58,368 nucleotides of DNA from Nanobdellati archaeon (GTDB lineage: Archaea > Nanobdellota > Nanobdellia > UBA10117), in NCBI GenBank assembly GCA_016182015.1, contig JACOYC010000010.1:1-58368 (forward strand). Direction: 5' to 3'. Of this stretch, positions 52,361-58,368 are shown piece by piece (position 1 is the first letter of the stretch; the number at the start of each line of letters is the position of its first letter). A model generated the notes under the pieces. The model was given only the letters and a program-made list of their open reading frames with translations. It was not told where the DNA came from and did not search any database. The translations under genes and the position numbers were made by a program.

Positions 52361-53785
52361 TCACTTCAGGAGTTCTATTATTTTCCTCGGCTCAGCTCTA
52401 CCGCGCAGCTTGCCAATTATCACGCCGGCCAGCTTGTCTGCTGGCACATCCTTAAACTGCCCGCGTAGCTTCTGGACTTCGACTTTCAGCTGGGCGTCGG
52501 ACAGCTTCTCGAATGATTTTGCTGCCTCGCTGGCTGGAATGCCCTCCGCAATCTTTACAAAAATGTCAAGTAAGGATTCCTTTGTAATTTTATTCTTATT
52601 TAGCAATTCAAACGCCACTTCAAATTGTTTATCCGTAAATATTATTTCTTTTCCGAGTTTTCTTTTCACTTCATTTTCGATTGATAAAAGCGTTGATGCA
52701 ATTATATTTTTATTAGTATTTGAAAATTTTTTAGCAAACGTTTCAAACAAACCTAATTTCTCGTCACGCACAATCTGTTTTGCTAAATCCTGCGACAGGC
52801 CGAGCTTCAAAAATCTTTTTTCCTTGTTCTCAAATGATTCCGGCAGTTTTAATCCAGCAATATACTTTCCATCAAGAACAATCAGCGGGTGGTCGGTTTC
52901 AGGGTACATTCTCGCAGCCCCAGGCATCGGGCGCAGGAATTTTGTTGTTAAATCTTCTTTCACATTTCGCACATGTGGCAGAAGCTTTTCACCTGTTTTT
53001 ATTACTGCTTGCTGCCTTTCTATTTCTTTCACGACAATTTCTGGCATGTGCCTTAGCTCCTGCACGCCCTTGATTTCAATGCGTGGATGGCTGGAGATTG
53101 AAACATTCAAGTCCTGCCTGATTGTGCCAATGCCGCGCATAACTTTTCCTGTTGAGCGCAAAAGCATCCCGAGTTTCTCTGCGCACTCGCGGGCCTGCTC
53201 TGGCGTGTGGATGTCTGGCTCTGTCGCAATTTCAATCAGAGGAATTCCCAATCTATCTAATCTGTAAGTAACTGAGTCCGGAGTTTCTGCAATCCTGCGG
53301 GCCGCGTCTTCCTCGAGGCAGACTGTTGCTATTCTTACCTTTCCGAGACTTGTTTCAATAAAACCGCTAAACGCAATCAGCGCGGTCCTCTGAAACGCTG
53401 AGGTGTTAGAGCCATCTACTACAGTTTTGCGCATGACTTGCACAGTATCAGGAAATTTGCAGTGCAGCATCTTCGCGACTGTAAATGCAATATCAAGAGC
53501 TTCGGAATTTATCTGGTGCGGCGGTTCCTCGTCAAGCTCAACTAAACAGGTTGTGTTATTGTAGCCTTCGTAAATGTAATGTTTTTGTTTTGTTTTTTCA
53601 AATGCGGCTGCGATGTCAATCTGGCCAGTCTCACCAGCCATCGGCCTTAGCTCGCGAGTGACTGTGAAGTCCGGCCTGTCATTTCTCAGGGCAGAAGGGT
53701 CGTCACAGAATAATTTGTGCGTGGCTAATTGTTGGTGTATTTCCAAACCACACTTTAATCCGAGAGTTTTGTAATCTATCACCAT
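52361..53785 (-). CDS. gatE: Glu-tRNA(Gln) amidotransferase subunit E (short form)
   Basis: LGLKCGLEIHQQLATHKLFC and TCLVELDEEPP are GatE-type cradle motifs. YqeY-like tail present. gatD lies nearby. Confidence 0.8.
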   Translation of the reverse strand: MVIDYKTLGLKCGLEIHQQLATHKLFCDDPSALRNDRPDFTVTRELRPMAGETGQIDIAAAFEKTKQKHYIYEGYNNTTCLVELDEEPPHQINSEALDIAFTVAKMLHCKFPDTVQVMRKTVVDGSNTSAFQRTALIAFSGFIETSLGKVRIATVCLEEDAARRIAETPDSVTYRLDRLGIPLIEIATEPDIHTPEQARECAEKLGMLLRSTGKVMRGIGTIRQDLNVSISSHPRIEIKGVQELRHMPEIVVKEIERQQAVIKTGEKLLPHVRNVKEDLTTKFLRPMPGAARMYPETDHPLIVLDGKYIAGLKLPESFENKEKRFLKLGLSQDLAKQIVRDEKLGLFETFAKKFSNTNKNIIASTLLSIENEVKRKLGKEIIFTDKQFEVAFELLNKNKITKESLLDIFVKIAEGIPASEAAKSFEKLSDAQLKVEVQKLRGQFKDVPADKLAGVIIGKLRGRAEPRKIIELLK

Positions 53786-53786
53786 T

Positions 53787-54287
53787 TTAGATTAATTTTG
53801 ACAAAATATCTCTTAGCCGCTTAATTTCGCCATTTGTCAAATTATTAATTACTGATTTTATCTGTATTAAGAAACTTTCCGCATTTATAAAAAGTTCCTT
53901 TGTAGAATTTTCTGTAAGTGCCACCAATTGTTTGGATTGAACATAGTATTGCTTATCTATTCTTTCTTCTTTTGCTTCCGATATTACTTTGAAAAGTTCA
54001 TTCTTATTGAACAGGAATTTCAATAGCAAGATTGCGCCGGAATGGTTTTCGCATTTTATGCCGGTTTTGAAAAGCACTGCTGTTAATGAATTATACATCG
54101 CGTAATAAGACATTGTTATAGAATTGTCATATAATTTGTTTTGCAGCAAAATTTTTGCGGACTTCAAGCAATTTTCAGCTTTTTCCAAATACGATAAACA
54201 TATGTCATTCGATGGTTCTACTAATTCTAATTTGCCTTCGCGCCATAACCTAGCCAAAAAATCCAAGTTTGTCATAAAACTCCTCAA
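53787..54287 (-). CDS. HEPN-domain protein (toxin-like partner of MNT)
   Basis: All-helical 166 aa with a KCENHSGAILL segment. Overlaps and follows a nucleotidyltransferase gene. Confidence 0.65.
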   Translation of the reverse strand: MRSFMTNLDFLARLWREGKLELVEPSNDICLSYLEKAENCLKSAKILLQNKLYDNSITMSYYAMYNSLTAVLFKTGIKCENHSGAILLLKFLFNKNELFKVISEAKEERIDKQYYVQSKQLVALTENSTKELFINAESFLIQIKSVINNLTNGEIKRLRDILSKLI

Positions 54288-54813
54288 CTCCTCTTAATAG
54301 TATGTGGTTTTTAATTATTTCCCTTATTAAAGGCGAGCTAGTATCAAACGGCCCGAATTTAACGTTTATTTTAGTGTAAAGTGCTTCCAGATTTTGTTTC
54401 GCCTTTTTGTTTTTTGCTAAAACATAAATATCGATGTCGCTGTCCGGCTTGGCCGCTAATCTGGCATAGCTGCCGAACAAAACCATTAATTTTTCATTGC
54501 TGTTCTTTAATAATTCGTTTATTATTACTTCCATATCTTTGTATTTTTTTAATAATTTTATCAGCTTATACCGCTCCGCGTTAAAAACATAATTTTTGGC
54601 CGGCAGCGTTTTTTTAATTGAGAAGACTTTGTTTTTGCCTTCAGTCTTGTAGTCAAGAACATTCTCTCTAACTAGAAACTCCAGCTTTCTCCGCACTGTT
54701 GAGTGCGGCAGGCCTAGCTGCTTGGCGATGCTGCGCAGGTGAGCATCCTTGCTGAGCAAAAGAAGCACAGCCTCGCTTTCCACATTGTACCAATTTTGAA
54801 CCATGTGTACCAA
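54250..54813 (-). CDS. wHTH-fused minimal nucleotidyltransferase (MNT)
   Basis: N-terminal wHTH (LRSIAKQLGLPHSTVRRKLEFLV) plus LFGSYARLAAKPDSDIDIYV (GS-x9-DxD). Confidence 0.85.
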   Translation of the reverse strand: MVHMVQNWYNVESEAVLLLLSKDAHLRSIAKQLGLPHSTVRRKLEFLVRENVLDYKTEGKNKVFSIKKTLPAKNYVFNAERYKLIKLLKKYKDMEVIINELLKNSNEKLMVLFGSYARLAAKPDSDIDIYVLAKNKKAKQNLEALYTKINVKFGPFDTSSPLIREIIKNHILLRGVEEFYDKLGFFG

Positions 54814-54883
54814 AACTAAACCATTGTTTAAAAGGCTTGCGGTAGTTAATTTTTTAAAATTTTAACTAATAAAAAATGCCTGC

Positions 54884-55525
54884 TTACTTTTTCTTTCCAG
54901 CGAACCCTTTCTTTTTTAAGTAAGGAATTGAATATCTAAATACTAAAACTGTAAATGTTATCAATGATAGTACAGCAATTATTAAATAATACAATGCTCT
55001 CGGAGGACCTTTTCTTTGTTTTGAAACAAATTGTAAATTTGCAAATGGTTTTTCTTTTTGCTGTGTTTGCCAACCAATTGCGTTGTCGCCGATGCTTGCC
55101 TCGTCGCCGCTCGGATAGTCAATAGCCATTGCTTGTATGTACGCACCATCTCTAACATTCGGATTTTTCCATGAATAGCCATGATTAGGATCTGGTTTTG
55201 AAGAATGTGCAACAATATCTGGCCGCGAATTGTCTGCTATAAGAGTTTTTACTAATTTGTAATCTGCATAAATCCGCACTTCAATCGGATTCGTGCCGGC
55301 ATCTGTGTCATAAGCCCAGCCAGAAATTTCTGATGTTGTTGCAACATCTAAATAACCAACTGGGCGCGCATTTGCAGCAGATATAGAAAAATCGCCTAAT
55401 GAGCGGAGAACGTCCTCACAACTTGGCATACCGATCTGGCCGCAAGTTGCCAAATCAGCCTGAGTGTAAGCAAATACTGCGGGCAACGCTAGTAACAAAA
55501 AAATAACCGCAATTGGCCGCATCAT
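54884..55525 (-). CDS. secreted protein with C-terminal TM anchor
   Basis: Start at MMRPIAVIFLLLALPAVFA (signal peptide). Beta-rich domain with ISGWAYD...RPDIV. Confidence 0.55.
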   Translation of the reverse strand: MMRPIAVIFLLLALPAVFAYTQADLATCGQIGMPSCEDVLRSLGDFSISAANARPVGYLDVATTSEISGWAYDTDAGTNPIEVRIYADYKLVKTLIADNSRPDIVAHSSKPDPNHGYSWKNPNVRDGAYIQAMAIDYPSGDEASIGDNAIGWQTQQKEKPFANLQFVSKQRKGPPRALYYLIIAVLSLITFTVLVFRYSIPYLKKKGFAGKKK

Positions 55526-55628
55526 AAAGCAACAATCACAAAGTATATAAGGCTTACTGTTGGAGTATGAAACTTTAGTACAAAAACGCCTCTTCCGGAA
55601 TCGCGAGATAAACAATGTTTGGCGCCGA

Positions 55629-55895
55629 TTATTTTTTTGAATTTAGCCTTGACAATCCAGCACCAACATTAACCCCGCCAAGCACGGTGCCAAGGAGCAA
55701 GACGTCTTCGAGACCGCCAACGCCCGCGAATTTATTCATCGTTAATGTAAGCACCAAAGAAGCTGCGTTTATGGCTGCCAGCCCTTTTAAGCTGCCATTT
55801 CTCCAAACATAATATCCTATCGGCACGCCGGACAAAAACCCGAGCGCATAATATGATAGTGCGCCAATAGCCGGACTAATGTATTTAGTTGGCAT
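55629..55895 (-). CDS. small 3-TM membrane protein
   Basis: 88 aa and hydrophobic. Confidence 0.5.
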   Translation of the reverse strand: MPTKYISPAIGALSYYALGFLSGVPIGYYVWRNGSLKGLAAINAASLVLTLTMNKFAGVGGLEDVLLLGTVLGGVNVGAGLSRLNSKK

Positions 55896-55945
55896 GGTGC
55901 AATCATATAGATAAAAGTTAATAAATTTATGTTTTCTCAGCGAGA

Positions 55946-57238
55946 TTAGTACAGAAATGCTTCTTCAGGAATCCTTGGATTTAATTCACCAACTAAATTC
56001 GCGAGCATCAACTGCTTTGCCACTACTAGCTTCTTGCTGTGGGCCAGCACCCAGCCCAACTTCACGAGCGCGGTCTCGGGCAGCATATCTCCGAGGTAAA
56101 GGACACCGGCATCGTGCAGCTGCCTGGCCGGCGCGTACACGAACTGGTTCAGCCCGCCATACAAAGTCTGTGGCGCGAAACAGACCAGTATCCCAGAATC
56201 GATCGCCTTTTTTATTTTCGGAAGCCAGCCCAATTTTTTGTCTTTTGTATCGACTGGAACGTGCCCGAGGCCGGATGCTTCTATCACCAAGCCCCTATAT
56301 TTTTTGGAAAGGTAATAATCAATTATTTCTGGGCTCTGGCCCGGGAAAAACTTCACTAACGCAACCCGGGGCTCAAACTTAACATCGGCAGTTACTCGTT
56401 CTTCGTTGCTCGTTCTTCGTTTGTAGTTTGCGTTTACAAGTTCAAACTTATCCTTCCAGATTTTCGCGAACGGCAGTTCATTGACCGGCCTGAACGCATC
56501 CCGCCGAGAGGTATGAAGCTTCCGCACCTTTGTTCCGCGCATCGCCAAGCAATATGTATCTGCATCTTCGCCGTGCATAATCAAAGAAACTTCTGCTATT
56601 TCTGACTTGCAGTAATTCGCGGCGCAGATTAAATTCAGCGCGCCGTCAAAACTTCCGCGGTCCGAACTGCGTTGCCCGCCGACCAGCGCGACTGGCTTGC
56701 CCAGATTTTTCAGCATGAAACTCAGCGCGGCCGCGGTGTAGTGCAGCGTGTCAGTCCCGTGCGTTACAATCACGCCCTCCGCGCCAGCGTTCAACTCCTT
56801 TGCAACTTCAACCGCAATCTTTTGCCACTCAACGTGTGACATATTTTCTGACCAGACCGCAAACGGCCTAGATATTTTTTTCAGATTGACGATGCCTGCA
56901 AGCTCGGGCACATTCGCAATGAATTCTTCCGGCTTCATCAGTGTCTGGACCGCGCCGGTTTTGTAATCCACTCTTGAACCTATCGTGCCGCCGGTCGCGA
57001 TTAAAGAAATGTTTGGGAGTGATTTGTTCTCTTTTTGCTGGACAGTTGGAAATTTCTCCAGTTTTGTTCTAGCGCCGAGGACTTTTATTTTTACGGATTT
57101 GTCTAACTTGATTCCAATGTTATAGCCGGAAACTAATTTCAACATGAGAAGATTCTTCTGATTCTCTGGAGATGGAAGGACGATGCCTTCGTGCACTCCA
57201 TCTTTTGATTGAACTTGGACGCGGTCTCCGACTTTCAT
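55946..57238 (-). CDS. gatD: Glu-tRNA(Gln) amidotransferase subunit D (asparaginase-like)
   Basis: N-terminal beta domain followed by ATGGTIGS and HGTDTL asparaginase motifs. 430 aa. Confidence 0.9.
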   Translation of the reverse strand: MKVGDRVQVQSKDGVHEGIVLPSPENQKNLLMLKLVSGYNIGIKLDKSVKIKVLGARTKLEKFPTVQQKENKSLPNISLIATGGTIGSRVDYKTGAVQTLMKPEEFIANVPELAGIVNLKKISRPFAVWSENMSHVEWQKIAVEVAKELNAGAEGVIVTHGTDTLHYTAAALSFMLKNLGKPVALVGGQRSSDRGSFDGALNLICAANYCKSEIAEVSLIMHGEDADTYCLAMRGTKVRKLHTSRRDAFRPVNELPFAKIWKDKFELVNANYKRRTSNEERVTADVKFEPRVALVKFFPGQSPEIIDYYLSKKYRGLVIEASGLGHVPVDTKDKKLGWLPKIKKAIDSGILVCFAPQTLYGGLNQFVYAPARQLHDAGVLYLGDMLPETALVKLGWVLAHSKKLVVAKQLMLANLVGELNPRIPEEAFLY

Positions 57239-57495
57239 TTTCTCTCCAAGATTTCTTTGATATCCCTAAGGAGCAGGACTTGTTCTGCGTGGCTTGCATC
57301 CATCGAGCCCAGATGCGAATCCGCCCTCACGGAGCTTTTATAACTCTTCCAGCTCAGCCACGCTCCGAAGGTCGTCAGCGCAAATGCGACTGCTTCAAGG
57401 GGCGGGCTCGAACCGAACGTCCGCCAGGTGAGTATCACAATCAACAGTCCGATTATGACCCAGAACAAAATCTTGTCTATTTCTATCTCTTTCAT
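57235..57495 (-). CDS. small 2-TM membrane protein
   Basis: 86 aa. Overlaps the gatD start by 4 nt. Confidence 0.45.
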   Translation of the reverse strand: MKEIEIDKILFWVIIGLLIVILTWRTFGSSPPLEAVAFALTTFGAWLSWKSYKSSVRADSHLGSMDASHAEQVLLLRDIKEILERK

Positions 57496-57642
57496 TTTAA
57501 TGCCGCCAGAATAGTAAGTATTATCAGCACAATTATCAGTATCACGAACGGCCAGTCTCCCTTTTCAATTTTTATTTTTACCATGTTACCTAGATAATAA
57601 ACATGTGTGCCGAAGTTTATAAATATTGGGTTACGTTTGTTG

Positions 57643-58200
57643 TTACTGCTGCCCAAGATATCTGGCAAGCTCGCCGCCCAGTTGGGTAAGAACATAATTG
57701 TACTTCTTTCGGCCGTCTTCGACCAACACTTCTTCCCGCACAATGCCTTCACCAAGCTGTCTCAAGTAAAAACCCGTTATATTATATCTGCCAAACCGCA
57801 TCTCTTTTGAAATGAATGTCGGGTTGATGCGCCTGTATTGCATTACTTTGTGAATCTCTGCAAGCTTGAGCACGAGCCTTGTTAAAACAGAACGCCTTGA
57901 CTCGAAAACCGCCCAGCCGGCAGCACGGAGGGCGTAGCCAAAGCCTGCCTGCTCTACGCAATTTTTAGAATTCCTGTCCGTGCCCAAGGTGCGTAATAAT
58001 TCGTTAAGCTCTGACTCATGTATGCCGGCCTCTTCAGCCTTATCAACAAGCGCATACATGGGCATGGTTACATCACCAACTTTATTCGCATGAGTGCGCA
58101 TAATTCCCAAAACAATCCTTTCGCGCGGATTTGGCCGCTCGTTCAGCTGCTCCGGCCAGCCATCCACGATTGCCTGCAAATCTCTGACAATTTGTGCCAT
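57643..58200 (-). CDS. hypothetical protein (possible C-terminal wHTH)
   Basis: 185-aa ORF. Confidence 0.5.
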   Translation of the reverse strand: MAQIVRDLQAIVDGWPEQLNERPNPRERIVLGIMRTHANKVGDVTMPMYALVDKAEEAGIHESELNELLRTLGTDRNSKNCVEQAGFGYALRAAGWAVFESRRSVLTRLVLKLAEIHKVMQYRRINPTFISKEMRFGRYNITGFYLRQLGEGIVREEVLVEDGRKKYNYVLTQLGGELARYLGQQ

Positions 58201-58269
58201 GCGACATATTGGCGCGAAAGCTTTTTAAAATCTATCTTAAGACGTGACAAAATGCCAGCCAAAAAAGGA

Positions 58270-58368
58270 ATAACTCAAAATCGCTGCTCGCACCTTATCC
58301 ACGGACTAATGTCGAAAAATATTTTAATTTTTCGAGCACCTCGAAAATGCTTACGCATTTTCGTTGAG
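58270..58368 (+). repeat. mosaic hairpin element, copy F (truncated by window end)
   Basis: 99/99 nt identical to 44888-44986. Confidence 0.9.

Noticed and set aside
58252-58368. Open reading frame starting at ATG 58252 and running to the window end (MPAKKGITQNRCSHLIHG...). The same peptide is readable in copy E and, in part, in the 40866 extension.
   Set aside because: The peptide similarity follows directly from nucleotide identity of the hairpin element. The sequence is dominated by palindromes, and in copy E it begins right after a stop codon. There is no independent evidence of coding.

Overview
This 58.4 kb window looks archaeal, inferred from L15e, an Rpp30-type RNase P subunit, GatD/GatE and PGF-pre-PGF surface proteins. 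The compact layout and secreted Cys-rich proteins hint at a small-genome (DPANN-like) lineage, but that is inference only. All calls come from reading the ORF translations and the DNA by eye; no database search was run. About 75 CDS are supported. Main content: two very large N-glycosylation-sequon-rich surface proteins (one an S8 subtilase); a suf Fe-S operon (HTH-sufC-sufB-sufS-orf-sufU-FNR-like); guaB; a 2-oxoacid dehydrogenase E1alpha/E1beta/E2 operon; a thioredoxin/glutaredoxin/GDCCVxC redox cluster; a beta-class DNA methyltransferase module; an extracytoplasmic thiol/copper cluster plus CopA; CcdA/DsbD; and gatE...gatD interrupted by a HEPN-MNT pair. No tRNA, rRNA or CRISPR array was found. 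The most unusual content is non-coding. (1) A family of stop-codon-free, mosaic hairpin modules, many with cUUCGg loops and compensatory stem changes, lies next to start and stop codons. (2) Four cases where a hairpin-rich insert at the extreme 3' end of a gene is flanked by an 8-31 bp direct duplication of the gene's last codons, each copy keeping an in-frame stop. (3) Arrays of the 8-bp palindrome AGTATACT phased at exactly 11 bp, abutting stop codons at four gene junctions and once inside a CDS. Also notable are canonical C2H2 zinc fingers in the E2 linker and on a membrane His-rich protein.
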